Part shown: positions 12,504 through 23,835 of the stretch, piece after piece
Position numbering within the stretch: position 1 is the stretch's first letter
Layout of the letters: each line of letters opens with the position of its first letter
Source: Gammaproteobacteria bacterium
Lineage (GTDB): Bacteria > Pseudomonadota > Gammaproteobacteria > Magnimaribacterales > D2472
DNA: 51,557 bases
Assembly (NCBI GenBank): GCA_008080945.1
Contig: VMDH01000027.1
Coordinates: 1 to 51,557, forward strand
Direction of reading: 5' to 3'
Position numbers and translations under genes: made by a program
Notes under the pieces: generated by a model
Seen by the model: the letters and a program-made list of their open reading frames with translations, nothing else
Databases searched by the model: none
What the model was told of the DNA's origin: nothing

Positions 12504-14756
12504 ATGAGTGATAAAAGCTTAGAGAGTATTAGCCTAAAGGATTACGCTGAAGAGTCCTATCTGAATTATTCAATGTATGTAATTCTCGATCGGGCGCTGC
12601 CTCATTTAGGTGATGGAATGAAGCCCGTGCAAAGGCGTATTCTTTATGCCATGAGTGAGCTTGGCTTAAATGCAGCCTCAAAATACAAAAAGTCAGCCAG
12701 AACAGTGGGAGATGTGATTGGTAAATTCCATCCTCACGGAGATAGTGCAGCTTATGAGGCAATGGTGCTAATGGCTCAGAACTTTTCTTTTAGATATCCC
12801 TTGGTAGATGGTCAAGGAAATTGGGGTACTCAAGATGATCCAAAATCTTTTGCCGCAATGCGTTATACCGAATCGAAACTTACAAGCTTTGCTAATCTTT
12901 TGCTAGATGAATTAAAGCTTGGCACAGTAGATTGGCAACTCAATTTTGATGGTTCGCTACTTGAACCAAAAATATTGCCTGCAAAGATACCAAGTATCCT
13001 CCTCAATGGAACAACTGGCATTGCCGTGGGTATGGCAACAGACATCCCATCTCATAATTTATCCGAAGTCATTGATGCCTTAATGTATTTGTTAGATAAC
13101 CCCAAAGCATCGGTTAAAGATTTAATGAAGTTCATTAAAGGTCCAGACTTTAGCAACCATTCTCCAATCATAGCCTCACAAGAAGAGTTGCTCGAAATGT
13201 ATGAAACGGGCAGGGGTGGTTTCAAAATGAGGGCTGCATGGGAAAAAGAAGGCACGGATATTATTATCGGCGCTCTGCCATACCAAACCTCTGGTGCAAA
13301 AGTCTTAGAGCAAGTTGCAGATCAGATGAATAAAAAGAAGGTTCCTATGATTGTTGATATTCGCGATGAAGGCGATCATGAATATCCCACTAGGATAGTA
13401 ATATCACTTAAATCTAACCGTGTTGATGCAGAAGAGGTGATGAACCATCTTTATGCAACCACTGATCTTCAGAAAAATTTTCGAGCAAATTTCAATGTTA
13501 TCAATCTTGAGGGTTCTCCAAAAGTTTATGCCCTTAATGAATTACTCAAAGAGTGGTTGCAGTTTAGGCAAACCACTGTTTTGCGTAAATTGGAGCACAG
13601 ACTAGACCAAGTAGCTGACAGATTGCATATCTTAGAGGGACTGCTGTTAGTTTTTGCCGATATTGACGAAGTTATAAAAATTATTAGAAACAGCGATGAG
13701 CCAAAAAAGGATCTTATTAAGAGATTTAAGATTTCAGAAATCCAAGCTACTGCAATTCTTGAAATAAGATTAAGACAGTTGGCAAAGCTAGAAGAAATTA
13801 AATTAAAAGAAGAACAAGCCACTCTTTCTGCAGAATTTGATGAGCTTGAAAAAATAATTAAATCTAAAGCAAAGCTTAAAAATTACATTAAAAGTGAACT
13901 GAAAGAAATTCTGTCTGATTTTGGCGATGCTAGATGCTCTCCTATCGAATCAGAATCTCAAGCAAAAGCTTTTTCAGAGGAAGATATTTTAACTTCTGAA
14001 CCCATTACTGTTGTGCTCTCAAAAGCTGGATGGATCAGAGCTGCTAAAGGTCATGATATCGATGCAACATCGCTTAACTACAGGGGCGAGGATTCTTTGC
14101 AGGACTTTGCTAGAGGTAAAAATAATCAACAAAGTATATTTTTTGCCAGTAATGGGAAAAGCTTTTCACTTGCAGCCCATACTCTTCCTTCGGCGCGCGG
14201 CCTCGGTGAACCCTTAACCGGTAAAGTGAATTTAGATTCAGGGGAGAGCTTTGTTGCAACCACTATTGGCAAAGACGAAGATAAATTCTTAATTGCCAGC
14301 GATGCTGGTTATGGCTTTATTGCCCAATTGTCTGATGCTATCAGTGGCACCAAAAGCGGCAAAAATTTCATGAAGTTATCCAAGGGATCTTCTGTCTTAG
14401 GGGTGCGCTCCATAAAAAATCATCATACTTATATAGCAGCCATTTCAAATATTGGCAGAATGCTCATCTTTGGAATTGAAGAGCTGCCTCAACTTAGTAA
14501 AGGTAAAGGCAATAAAATCATAAACATACCCACACCCAAATTTGAATCTGGTGAAGAAAAAATGGTTGCAGTGTGTTTGTTAGGTGATATTTCGGAGCTT
14601 CGAATACACAGCGGAAAACAATTCATGAAAGTTGGTATAAAAGATTTGGAAAATTACTTTGCTGCAAGAGCCAAAAGAGGACTTATGCTTCCTCAGGGTT
14701 ACAGAAAAGTAGATGCCTTAGAAGAAGTAGTAATTAATCAAGAAGCTTCAGAATAG
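12504..14756 (+). CDS. parC: DNA topoisomerase IV subunit A
   Basis: [21 protein letters not shown] and AAMRYTE (catalytic Tyr). 750 aa. Confidence 0.95.
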   Translation: MSDKSLESISLKDYAEESYLNYSMYVILDRALPHLGDGMKPVQRRILYAMSELGLNAASKYKKSARTVGDVIGKFHPHGDSAAYEAMVLMAQNFSFRYPLVDGQGNWGTQDDPKSFAAMRYTESKLTSFANLLLDELKLGTVDWQLNFDGSLLEPKILPAKIPSILLNGTTGIAVGMATDIPSHNLSEVIDALMYLLDNPKASVKDLMKFIKGPDFSNHSPIIASQEELLEMYETGRGGFKMRAAWEKEGTDIIIGALPYQTSGAKVLEQVADQMNKKKVPMIVDIRDEGDHEYPTRIVISLKSNRVDAEEVMNHLYATTDLQKNFRANFNVINLEGSPKVYALNELLKEWLQFRQTTVLRKLEHRLDQVADRLHILEGLLLVFADIDEVIKIIRNSDEPKKDLIKRFKISEIQATAILEIRLRQLAKLEEIKLKEEQATLSAEFDELEKIIKSKAKLKNYIKSELKEILSDFGDARCSPIESESQAKAFSEEDILTSEPITVVLSKAGWIRAAKGHDIDATSLNYRGEDSLQDFARGKNNQQSIFFASNGKSFSLAAHTLPSARGLGEPLTGKVNLDSGESFVATTIGKDEDKFLIASDAGYGFIAQLSDAISGTKSGKNFMKLSKGSSVLGVRSIKNHHTYIAAISNIGRMLIFGIEELPQLSKGKGNKIINIPTPKFESGEEKMVAVCLLGDISELRIHSGKQFMKVGIKDLENYFAARAKRGLMLPQGYRKVDALEEVVINQEASE

Positions 14757-15933
14757 ATTTCTTAAGCCTAGCTAAACCTTCATCAATCACCTTATCTTCA
14801 ATGATAAGGCTGGGTGCAATCCTGATCGTATTATTGTTAGCTTTTAAGATCATCAATCTATTTGCGTAGGCTTCCTTCATGAGATTATCCAAGTTAAGTT
14901 TTGCCTGAACTTTAAGTTTGCATCCTATCCATAGGCCTGCGGATCTTATCTCGTCAAAACAATTTAATTCCTTATTGATAGCAGTTAATCCTTTAAGAAA
15001 TCTTTGTTCTTTTTTCTGAACGCCATTAAGAACAGATTTTTTTGAGATCTTATTGATAACCTCGTGGGCAACTGCGCATGCAAGTGGGTTGCCTCCATAG
15101 GTTGAACCATGAGCACCTGGTTGCATATATTTACCCACTCTTTCTGTAGTTAGCATTGCGCCAATTGGCATGCCATTACCCAATGCTTTAGCTGAGCACA
15201 CAATATCTGGTTGTATTTTATATTTCTCATGGGCAAACAAATAACCAGTTCTCCCAACACCGGATTGAACCTCATCGATAATAATGAGAGCTTTATGTTT
15301 TTTGCATAATTTTTTTATCGCGTTAACAAAATTTTGTTTGGCCGGAATAATTCCTGCTTCCCCTTGAACAAGCTCAAGAATAACCGCAGCAGTTTTATCA
15401 TTGATACATTTCTCAAGACCTTCTATTTGGTTGTATGGATGTTGGGTAATACCTTTTGGAAGAGGCTCAAAACCTTCAGTCATTCTTTTGGAGCCGTTGA
15501 GAGCAATGGTAAGGAGAGTTCTGCCGTGAAAAGCATCATCGAAGGCAACGATGTTTGATTTGCCTTTACCAAATTCGCTGTAAGCAAATTTTCTTGCAGT
15601 TTTTACAGCGGCTTCTACAGCTTCTGCACCTGAATTTGAAAGAAAGACTTTTTCAGCAAAAGTCTTTTGGCATAAAATTTTAGCCAGTTTTATAGCTGGC
15701 TCGGTGGTGAGGTAGTTGGAAAGATGCCACAATTTTTTTGACTGGCTATTGAGAATTCTTACCAGCTCAGGATGACAGTGACCCAATGAAGAAACTGCAA
15801 TACCAGATGCAAAATCTAAGTATTTGTGGTTTTTTTGATCCCAAATGAAGGAACCTTTACCTCTTGTTGGTATAAAATCTCCAGGGTTGTAAACTGGAAG
15901 AAAATATTTCGTAAATTCATTTCTTGTAACCAT
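14734..15933 (-). CDS. argD: Acetylornithine/succinylornithine aminotransferase (class III)
   Basis: [33 protein letters not shown] and [12 protein letters not shown] at 15933 preferred. Confidence 0.85.
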   Translation of the reverse strand: MVTRNEFTKYFLPVYNPGDFIPTRGKGSFIWDQKNHKYLDFASGIAVSSLGHCHPELVRILNSQSKKLWHLSNYLTTEPAIKLAKILCQKTFAEKVFLSNSGAEAVEAAVKTARKFAYSEFGKGKSNIVAFDDAFHGRTLLTIALNGSKRMTEGFEPLPKGITQHPYNQIEGLEKCINDKTAAVILELVQGEAGIIPAKQNFVNAIKKLCKKHKALIIIDEVQSGVGRTGYLFAHEKYKIQPDIVCSAKALGNGMPIGAMLTTERVGKYMQPGAHGSTYGGNPLACAVAHEVINKISKKSVLNGVQKKEQRFLKGLTAINKELNCFDEIRSAGLWIGCKLKVQAKLNLDNLMKEAYANRLMILKANNNTIRIAPSLIIEDKVIDEGLARLKKSILKLLD

Positions 15934-15934
15934 C

Positions 15935-16426
15935 TTGATAGACCTCAAAGAACTTTCTCAGAACAATTATCGCATAGAATTAAAACCAAACTATTCTCTT
16001 GTTGGGTTTCCAAGAGTACTTTTTTTTGCAGTACTTATCACTACTTGTCTAAGTATCGCAGCTTTCTTCTGGTACCTTGGCGCAAAATTAATTTTACCTT
16101 TTGCAGGATTGGAGCTTGCGCTAGTAGGACTTGGATTTTATTTGAATTTTAGGTGGAGTTCGCAAAGAGAAATCATTTTGATAAATCCTAACAAGGTCAG
16201 AATTGAAAAGGGGAGAGTGTTTAAAGATTTTTCTTATGAAGAATATCGCTCTTTTGCTCGATTTCAATCCAAGATTAAATCTAATGGTGATATGGAATTA
16301 TTCTTAAGTTCAAAGGGACAAAGTATTGGGATTGGATCTTTTTTAGTGCAAGAGGAGCTGCTAGAGCTAAAAGAGCATTTAACCAAACTAGTAGCAGAGT
16401 TAAACCTTTTACCTCCAGGCGGGTAA
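15935..16426 (+). CDS. DUF2244-like membrane protein
   Basis: LKPNYSL, two TM helices with ILPFAGLEL, C-terminal IGSFL...E. TTG start is uncertain. Confidence 0.75.
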   Translation: MIDLKELSQNNYRIELKPNYSLVGFPRVLFFAVLITTCLSIAAFFWYLGAKLILPFAGLELALVGLGFYLNFRWSSQREIILINPNKVRIEKGRVFKDFSYEEYRSFARFQSKIKSNGDMELFLSSKGQSIGIGSFLVQEELLELKEHLTKLVAELNLLPPGG

Positions 16427-17653
16427 TTTCTTCTTGACCATGACAGACTTGGGCTGTTGATAGAATTTATTTTGCTTAATCGATTGATTTTCACCAGCGA
16501 TCAGTGGCCTAAAATATTTTTTTCCCCGCTCGGTAATTCCAAAGCCATCTTTGGTTATAAACGATTTGGGAAGAGTCTTTTCAACATTTGCTATTTGCTT
16601 TAATGGAGCTGGCTCTACTTTCCATTTATAAGGATGATCTTGCACTCTTTTAATAACAGGCATCACAGATGATTTCCCCTGCACTGCATATCTCACAGCT
16701 TCTCTGCCTACTTTAATAGCTTGCTTTCGATCAGTTTCAGAAGCCAGGTGACTAGCACTTCTTTGAAGATAATCTGCCACTGCCCAATGATTTTTTAATT
16801 TTATTTTGCTGGTAACTAAGTTGGCTAAATATGGAGCAACCCCACCCAATTGACTATGCCCAAAAGCATCTTTTAGGCCGCTTTCACTTACAAAATTACC
16901 GGATGCATTTTTTATGCCTTCTGAGGCAACAATTACACAAAACCCTTTTTGAGCAACAACTTCTTTGACTCTTCTAAGGAACTGGGTTTGTTTGAATGGA
17001 ACTTCAGGAAGCAGTATGAGGTCCGGTGCTTGAGGATAGCTTTCTTGAGCAATGGAGCTAGATGCAGCAATCCAGCCAGCATGTCTTCCCATAACCTCTA
17101 GGATAAATACTTTGGTTGAGGTTTCTGCCATGGATTCAACGTCCAGGGCTGCTTCAATCGTTGAGGTTACAACATACTTTGCAACCGATCCAAAACCAGG
17201 ACAATTATCTGTGATGGCCAAGTCATTATCGACTGTCTTGGGAATAGCTATACAAGAGAGTGGATAACCTAACGTTTTGCTTATCTGCGATACTTTGTAT
17301 GCTGTATCTGCAGAGTCATTCCCTCCGTTATAAAAGAAGTAACCAATGTTATGTGCTTTGAATACTTCAACAAGTCTTAGGTACTCTTTTTTACTAGCCT
17401 CAAAATCTTTCAGTTTATATCTGCAGGAGCCGAATACTCCTCCGGGCCTAAATTGCAAACTAGTAATAAATGCTTTGCTTTCTTTTGAGGTGTCTATCAG
17501 ATTTTCTCTAAGTGCACCTAAAATACCATTCTTACCAGCGTATATTTTTCCTATCTGGCTGCTTTTACTTGCCTCATCTATGACTCCATATGCGGTGGCA
17601 TTGATTACCGAAGTAACTCCACCGGATTGAGCATAGAAAGCATTTTTTTTCAT
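16409..17653 (-). CDS. 6-phosphofructokinase, probably pyrophosphate-dependent
   Basis: QSGG, NGGNDS, PKTVDND and EVMGRHAGW motifs. Confidence 0.9.
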   Translation of the reverse strand: MKKNAFYAQSGGVTSVINATAYGVIDEASKSSQIGKIYAGKNGILGALRENLIDTSKESKAFITSLQFRPGGVFGSCRYKLKDFEASKKEYLRLVEVFKAHNIGYFFYNGGNDSADTAYKVSQISKTLGYPLSCIAIPKTVDNDLAITDNCPGFGSVAKYVVTSTIEAALDVESMAETSTKVFILEVMGRHAGWIAASSSIAQESYPQAPDLILLPEVPFKQTQFLRRVKEVVAQKGFCVIVASEGIKNASGNFVSESGLKDAFGHSQLGGVAPYLANLVTSKIKLKNHWAVADYLQRSASHLASETDRKQAIKVGREAVRYAVQGKSSVMPVIKRVQDHPYKWKVEPAPLKQIANVEKTLPKSFITKDGFGITERGKKYFRPLIAGENQSIKQNKFYQQPKSVMVKKKLPAWR

Positions 17654-17708
17654 GACTTTATTTATTGCTAATTTTCATCTATGTTAGCAGGAAGGATATA
17701 TAAAGAAA

Positions 17709-19004
17709 GTGAAGATTCATATCTTAGGTATTTGCGGCACATTCATGGGTGGCCTTGCCAGGATCTTGATTCAAGAAGGCCATACTATTACTGGGTCTGA
17801 CAAAGCATTTTATCCTCCCATGTCAGATCAATTGCAAGAGCTTAAGATAGAAGTTTTTGAGGGTTATGAGGGTGATCTTCCGGCTGCCGATCTTTATGTA
17901 ATAGGCAATGCGCTCTCTCGAGGTAACCCCTGGGTTGAGGAAATCCTAAGAAATCATTATCCCTATACTTCGGGACCAGAAATCCTTGGCTCTATTTTAA
18001 AGAAAAGGAGAGTTATCGCAGTTGCTGGAACTCATGGTAAGACCAGTACAAGTTATATGATCAAACACATACTCTCTTTTAATAATATGCCTGTAGATTA
18101 TTTAATTGGAGGAATAAGTAGCTCTTCAGGACATTCTGCAGACAATCAAAATGCTGAAATATTTGTAATAGAGGCAGATGAATATGATTCAGCCTTTTTT
18201 GATAAACGCTCCAAGTTTGTTCACTATCATCCTGATATTTTTGTAATCAATAATATTGAATTTGATCATGCAGACATCTTTGATTCCATAGATGATATTA
18301 AAAAACAGTTTCACCATGCGGTAAGAATAGTTCCAAGCAATGGCTTCATTGTTTATCAAAAAGAAGATTTGAATATTAAAGATTTGCTGGAATTAGGCTC
18401 CTGGTCAAATACAGTTCCTGTTAACGACCCTAGCTCCATTGATTTATCAAGCGATGAAGCAATTATCACAATTCAAGAAGAAGAATTTGCCACGAGTGAG
18501 TTCCCATTTGTTGGTAGACACAATTTTCTAAATGCCATGATGGCTATGCAGGCAGCTAAGCTGGTTGGAGTAAGCTACAAACAATCATTTGAAGCATTGA
18601 AGCAATTTGGAGGAGTCAAAAGGCGCTTAGAGATTGTGCATAAAAGCCCAACCCATATCATTTACGATGATTTTGCGCATCATCCAACTGCAATTAGGGC
18701 AACTACTCAGGCCTTGTTAAAAAAACATCACAATAAAAAAATTGGAGCTATCATTGAGCTTGCCTCAAATACAATGTCTTCGGGATATCACGATCAAAAT
18801 CTCTTAGATGCACCCGTTGGACTGCATGAAATTTTTTGGATAGATCCCAACAACGTTCTAGAAACAGAGAAAGCATTTCCAACGATAGAAATCGCAACCA
18901 AGGAATTGAAAAAAATAATTATGGCACTAGATATAGTTGTAATCATGACAAATAAAAATAGCAAATTGATTAAAGATTCTCTCCTAGAGGCATTTGATGC
19001 TTAA
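17709..19004 (+). CDS. mpl: Murein peptide ligase
   Basis: IHILGICGTFMGGLA, GTHGKTST, EADEYDSAFFDKRSKF and DDFAHHPTAI. Confidence 0.92.
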   Translation: MKIHILGICGTFMGGLARILIQEGHTITGSDKAFYPPMSDQLQELKIEVFEGYEGDLPAADLYVIGNALSRGNPWVEEILRNHYPYTSGPEILGSILKKRRVIAVAGTHGKTSTSYMIKHILSFNNMPVDYLIGGISSSSGHSADNQNAEIFVIEADEYDSAFFDKRSKFVHYHPDIFVINNIEFDHADIFDSIDDIKKQFHHAVRIVPSNGFIVYQKEDLNIKDLLELGSWSNTVPVNDPSSIDLSSDEAIITIQEEEFATSEFPFVGRHNFLNAMMAMQAAKLVGVSYKQSFEALKQFGGVKRRLEIVHKSPTHIIYDDFAHHPTAIRATTQALLKKHHNKKIGAIIELASNTMSSGYHDQNLLDAPVGLHEIFWIDPNNVLETEKAFPTIEIATKELKKIIMALDIVVIMTNKNSKLIKDSLLEAFDA

Positions 19005-19587
19005 GTCGCTTCCCATATTTCCTTTAGGCATTGTTGTTTTGCCAGGCAATATCCAGTCTCTTCAAATTTTTGAACCTAGATATATTGAAATGGTTAAAGA
19101 ATGCATGAAAACTAATTCTGGTTTTGTCATTGTCCTTCAAAAGGATGCTATGGATGATCAACTTTCTATTTCTGACCAAGGTACATATGTTGAGATTATT
19201 GATTTTAATACTTTGCCTAATGGTCTACTTGGAATTACTGTTAAGGGCATGCATCGAACCAAAATTAAGACTATGGAGCAAAGGCAATCAGGGCTCAATA
19301 TTGGAAAGGTAGAAAATATTCAAGATCCTGAAGTTGATGATCAAGCCTTGCTAGCAAAGTATCCTGACTTATTACAGATTCTTTCTCAACTGAAACAACA
19401 TCCCCAAATAAGATCTATGCCTCTTGAAATAAACTTAGACTCAGCAGATTCTGTAAGTTATCACTTGGCAGGATTGATACCTCTTGCACCCAAAGATAAG
19501 CAAAAGATACTCGAAGCTTTTGATGCAGGGCAGAGACTTAATTTTTTATCAAAGTACTTTGATCAAATCGCAGGCAGTAAAAACTAA
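18994..19587 (+). CDS. Stand-alone LON peptidase substrate-binding domain protein
   Basis: LPIFPL...LQIFEPRY motif. No ATPase or protease domain. Confidence 0.85.
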   Translation: MMLKSLPIFPLGIVVLPGNIQSLQIFEPRYIEMVKECMKTNSGFVIVLQKDAMDDQLSISDQGTYVEIIDFNTLPNGLLGITVKGMHRTKIKTMEQRQSGLNIGKVENIQDPEVDDQALLAKYPDLLQILSQLKQHPQIRSMPLEINLDSADSVSYHLAGLIPLAPKDKQKILEAFDAGQRLNFLSKYFDQIAGSKN

Positions 19588-20585
19588 AGTTTTAGCATTT
19601 GTTTGCCGAAATTTTCTCCGGTAAATAACCTATTTAGAGTTTGCGGACAATTTTCTAAGCCTTCTTGAATGTCCTCAAGATGTTTAATTTTTCCTTCCAT
19701 TACCAAGCCTGCAAGTTTTTCTACTGCCTCCTGAGATTTGGGTAAGTAATCAAGCACTAAAAAGCCTTGCATGGTAGCCCTTTGCACAACTAGATTCAGA
19801 ATATTCCTAGGACCTGGTTGAGGCTCTGTTGCGTTATAGCCAGATATCCCTCCGCAAAGCATAACTCTTGCATTGATATTAATGAGAAATAACACGGTTT
19901 CTAAAAGGGGACCCCCAACATTATCAAAATAAATATCTATTCCATTGGGAGCAGCTTTAAATAGCTCTTCATGGACATTGCTATTTTTATAATCTATGAC
20001 GGTATCTAACCCGCAATCCTTAAGCCAATTACACTTTTCTGCTCCTCCTGCGATCCCGATTACATGACAACCAGCTTCCTTTGCTAACTGGGCTGCTACA
20101 GATCCTGTGGCTCCTGCAGCACCTGATACAAGCACTACTTCTCCAGCTTTTGGTTTTGCAAGCTCTAGTAGTCCGTAGTAGGCGGTAATCCCAGTTGTTC
20201 CTAGGACATTTAGCATGGTTGGTATAGGAAGCAATTCAGGAATGAGTCTAAATCTATCTTCTTCTTTGGCATCGGTAATCAGATGGGTTTGCCAGCCAAC
20301 CATTCCAAATATTAAATCGCCTTCTTTATATTTAGGGTTTTTGCTTTCTAATACTCTACCCATCCCACCAGCTCTGACTACTTCATCTATTTGCACGGGC
20401 GGCAAGTATCCTGGTAAATCTGTCAGCCACATTCTTTGCGTAGGATCAAATGACAGATATTCATTTTTAATGAGGATCTCACCTTCCTGAATTTCGCCCA
20501 ATTCCTCGGTAATGAGTTCAAAGTCACTATCTTTTACTAAACCCTCGGGCCTATTTTTTAAAATCCATTTCTTATTAGTTGTCAT
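19584..20585 (-). CDS. NADP-dependent oxidoreductase (MDR, prostaglandin reductase/CurA-like)
   Basis: YLSFDP, TAYYGL, VSGAAGATGS and YFDNVGG. Confidence 0.9.
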   Translation of the reverse strand: MTTNKKWILKNRPEGLVKDSDFELITEELGEIQEGEILIKNEYLSFDPTQRMWLTDLPGYLPPVQIDEVVRAGGMGRVLESKNPKYKEGDLIFGMVGWQTHLITDAKEEDRFRLIPELLPIPTMLNVLGTTGITAYYGLLELAKPKAGEVVLVSGAAGATGSVAAQLAKEAGCHVIGIAGGAEKCNWLKDCGLDTVIDYKNSNVHEELFKAAPNGIDIYFDNVGGPLLETVLFLININARVMLCGGISGYNATEPQPGPRNILNLVVQRATMQGFLVLDYLPKSQEAVEKLAGLVMEGKIKHLEDIQEGLENCPQTLNRLFTGENFGKQMLKL

Positions 20586-21144
20586 TTCTCTCCCTTAAAA
20601 ATTTTATTAAAAACCAAATTGTAAATACGAGTATAAATAAATAAATCGACACATAAATTATTTGCTGATATTTTTCACCAACTTCGCTTGTGTAGACGCC
20701 TGCATAATAGCTAGGAATGCTTGCTACCAAGGCCCACACAAGTGTTCCGACTGATGTTGCAAGGATATATTTATATTTTGGGTAATTCGTCATAGCAGCA
20801 ATTAAGGGAAGCAAGCCCCTAATGGGACCAAAGCTTTTTCCAAACACAATGCCAAATACTCCATATTTATTCATTGCCCAGGTCGTCTTTTCCTGCGCAT
20901 TCTTAAGCTTAAGATTATTAAGGTCGATTCTTTTATAAATAAATTTCGCAAGCGCCCAGCTAGATAGGTCGCCAATCATTCCCCCAATAAAAATCATTAT
21001 GAGCACATATGAAATTGGAACACCAGCTATGCCTGCTGCCATGACTGCAGCCCATAAAGGACCCATGCCTGGAAGAAAAATACCTACAATCATTGCGCAT
21101 TCCAATATTGCAAAGCCAAAAATAATTAATAGATTTATTTCCAT
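20575..21144 (-). CDS. DedA-family membrane protein
   Basis: ECAMIVGIFLPG, GDLSSW and FGPIRGLLP DedA-like motifs. Hydrophobic. Confidence 0.8.
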   Translation of the reverse strand: MEINLLIIFGFAILECAMIVGIFLPGMGPLWAAVMAAGIAGVPISYVLIMIFIGGMIGDLSSWALAKFIYKRIDLNNLKLKNAQEKTTWAMNKYGVFGIVFGKSFGPIRGLLPLIAAMTNYPKYKYILATSVGTLVWALVASIPSYYAGVYTSEVGEKYQQIIYVSIYLFILVFTIWFLIKFLRERNDN

Positions 21145-21211
21145 AAGTTTTATATTCTAAGTAGAAATCAAATGCTTAGATTTCTCAAGTTTATCACCCA
21201 ATTATCCAGCT

Positions 21212-21541
21212 ATGGCAACTGAAAAAAATACCCTCAAAATCTGTCTTTCTGCATTAGAAGATTTAAAAGCTCAAGATATTCGCAGTCTCGATATTAGCAA
21301 AACATCTAACTTTGCAGATTGGCTAATAGTTGCAACTGCTACTTCTAATACTCATGCTAAGGCTGTATCTGATAAGGTCATCGAAGCTATTAAAGAGAAT
21401 AACCAATCCATTATGGGGATTGAGGGAAAAGAAAATGCTGAATGGGTTTTGATAGATGGAGGAGAGGTGGTCGTCAACATTATGCTGTCAGAAACCAGAG
21501 AATTCTATGACTTGGAAGGTTTATGGGGAGCATATTCTTAG
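21212..21541 (+). CDS. rsfS: Ribosome silencing factor
   Basis: EDLKAQDI, WVLID and REFYDLEGLW. Confidence 0.93.
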   Translation: MATEKNTLKICLSALEDLKAQDIRSLDISKTSNFADWLIVATATSNTHAKAVSDKVIEAIKENNQSIMGIEGKENAEWVLIDGGEVVVNIMLSETREFYDLEGLWGAYS

Positions 21542-21544
21542 AAT

Positions 21545-22012
21545 ATGCACTTTAGGATTATCTCCATCCATAATAAATCTCAAACCTGGGAAAAAGAAGC
21601 GCTCGCTCAATACGTAAAGCAATTAGGTCCCGCTCATTCAATCAATTTTATAGATATTGCTTGCAAGCATCCTCAAAATGCAACAACAGAACAAATTCAA
21701 TTGAATGAGAGTAAGTCTATTCTCAATAAATTAAATTATGATGCTCTCACTATTGCTTGGGATGGGAGGAGAGGTAAAACAATATCATCAGAGGGCTTGG
21801 CTGAATTTTTTTCTAGTTCTGAGCTCATCACATCAAGTATGGATTTCATTATTGGTGGCTCACATGGGTTGGCAAAGGCATTATTGGATCAAGTAGATCA
21901 TATTTTTTCTGCCTCAAGCCTCACTTTTCCTCATCGATTATTTAAAATAATCTTGGTCGAACAAATTTTTAGAGCAATAAAAATTTTAGAAAATCATCCT
22001 TACCATAAATAA
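21545..22012 (+). CDS. rlmH: 23S rRNA pseudouridine-1915 methyltransferase
   Basis: FIIGGSHG, LTFPH, EQIFRA and HPYHK. Lies between rsfS and mrdA. Confidence 0.92.
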   Translation: MHFRIISIHNKSQTWEKEALAQYVKQLGPAHSINFIDIACKHPQNATTEQIQLNESKSILNKLNYDALTIAWDGRRGKTISSEGLAEFFSSSELITSSMDFIIGGSHGLAKALLDQVDHIFSASSLTFPHRLFKIILVEQIFRAIKILENHPYHK

Positions 22013-22014
22013 CC

Positions 22015-23835
22015 GTGCAGTTTGAAGAAAGGCAAAAAGAAAGAAATAGCTTCTCCAATAGGGCACTCGTTTCTTTTATTATTTTTACAGTTTTATTTCT
22101 TGCAGTCTTAGGTAGAATTTTTTATCTCCAAATTACTACCAACGAGACCTATCTAACAGCTGCAGAAAGCAATAGGACCTATACCGTTCCTGTACAAAGT
22201 CTTAGGGGCAAAATATTGGATAGAAACGGTAACGTGTTGGTTGGCAACAAAGCAACATTCGACCTGATTACAATCCCAGCAAAAATAGAAAATTTAGATG
22301 CATTCTTGGCAAACATTGCTGAATTTTTACCTATCTCAGATAAAGATCTAGAAACCTATAAAAAACTTTTTAATTCCAAGGCTATTTATAATAGAGAACT
22401 TGTCTTGCTTAAAGATCTAACCCAAGCACAAATTGCCTCATTTGAAGTACGTTCTTTTAGATTTCCAGGTGCCTTTGTTGGAAAAAGATACAGAAGAATA
22501 AGCGAGTATCCTGAGTTATTTTCTCATGCTCTCGGTTACACCAGCAGAGCCTCTGCCACTATTGCAAGTCTGCCAGGAATACCATCTAGGAATTGGAGAG
22601 ATGCAGAATTTGTCTATGCCTCAGGTTTAATAAGTGGTCAGCTTGGGCTAGAAAAAATCTATGATGACAGTTTATCTGGAAGTTATGGAAAGAAAATATA
22701 TGAAATTGATGCCAGGGGCAGACTTTATAATTTAATTAAATTTGAGGACGGTGCTCCAGGAGAGGACTTGTACACGTCTCTAGATCTTTTAGCTCAACAA
22801 GCTGCCCATGAAGCTATCGATGGCAAGAGGGGAGCAGTAGTTGCAATTCATCTTCCTACTGGGAGTCTAAATGTACTTTACAGTTCACCTAGTTTTTCTA
22901 TTAATGATTTTGCAAACGGCATTGATCAACAATCTTTTGATGCAATTATTCAAGATACTAATAAACCTTTATTTAATAGAGCTTTGAAGGGCAGGTATCC
23001 TCCAGCTTCATCTATCAAGCCAGCCATAGCACTTTATGGATTAAATGCCAATCTAACTTCTTGGGAGAGAACTATAGAGGATCCCGGGTTTTTTATATTG
23101 CCCGAGGATGGAAGAGTTTACAGAGGCTGGAGAGAAGGAGGTCATGGGTCTGTTGATTTAACTAAAGCTATTGTTCAAAGTTCAAATACGTATTTTTTTG
23201 ATTTAGCCTATCAATCTGATATTAATCAGCTAACAACTCATCTTGGAAATATGGGTTTTGGGAAGTCTTTGTGCATTGATTGTTTTGATGAAGATCCTGG
23301 GCTATTACCAACCCCTGAGTGGAAATATGCCCAATATAATCGAGGATGGTTTACTGGCGATACCGTCAATATGGGCGTTGGCCAAGGTTATATATTAGCC
23401 ACTCCCATTCAATTAGCTTACTACGCATCTTTGCTTGCAAATAAAGGCACGGCTAGGCTTCCTCACTTTGGCTCTGAGCCATCTCCAGAAATTGCAGCAA
23501 TTGAAACTTCAAATTTTAATTGGTCAAAATTACACAAAGCGCTTGAATTAGTTGTAGAGGGTCCATCGGGGACTGCAAGAAGGCTGAGTGAGCTCAAACC
23601 TTTTAAGGTTGCTGCCAAGACAGGAACTGCAGAACTTGTCAGTTTAGATTCTAAAGAAGCATATGCAGAGATAAGATCAGATGTTCTTCAAAGAGATCAT
23701 GCCATCATCATTGCATTTGGCCCCATTCCAAATCCAGAATATGCTGTAAGCGTAGTAATTGAAAATGGTGAAAGTGGCGGTTTAGTTGCTGGTCCTGTTG
23801 CAGTTGAAGTGCTTAAAAAATTAATTGAGAAATGA
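22015..23835 (+). CDS. mrdA: Penicillin-binding protein 2
   Basis: N-terminal TM. SxxK (SSIK), SxN (SSN) and KTG motifs. Synteny with rodA. Confidence 0.93.
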   Translation: MQFEERQKERNSFSNRALVSFIIFTVLFLAVLGRIFYLQITTNETYLTAAESNRTYTVPVQSLRGKILDRNGNVLVGNKATFDLITIPAKIENLDAFLANIAEFLPISDKDLETYKKLFNSKAIYNRELVLLKDLTQAQIASFEVRSFRFPGAFVGKRYRRISEYPELFSHALGYTSRASATIASLPGIPSRNWRDAEFVYASGLISGQLGLEKIYDDSLSGSYGKKIYEIDARGRLYNLIKFEDGAPGEDLYTSLDLLAQQAAHEAIDGKRGAVVAIHLPTGSLNVLYSSPSFSINDFANGIDQQSFDAIIQDTNKPLFNRALKGRYPPASSIKPAIALYGLNANLTSWERTIEDPGFFILPEDGRVYRGWREGGHGSVDLTKAIVQSSNTYFFDLAYQSDINQLTTHLGNMGFGKSLCIDCFDEDPGLLPTPEWKYAQYNRGWFTGDTVNMGVGQGYILATPIQLAYYASLLANKGTARLPHFGSEPSPEIAAIETSNFNWSKLHKALELVVEGPSGTARRLSELKPFKVAAKTGTAELVSLDSKEAYAEIRSDVLQRDHAIIIAFGPIPNPEYAVSVVIENGESGGLVAGPVAVEVLKKLIEK

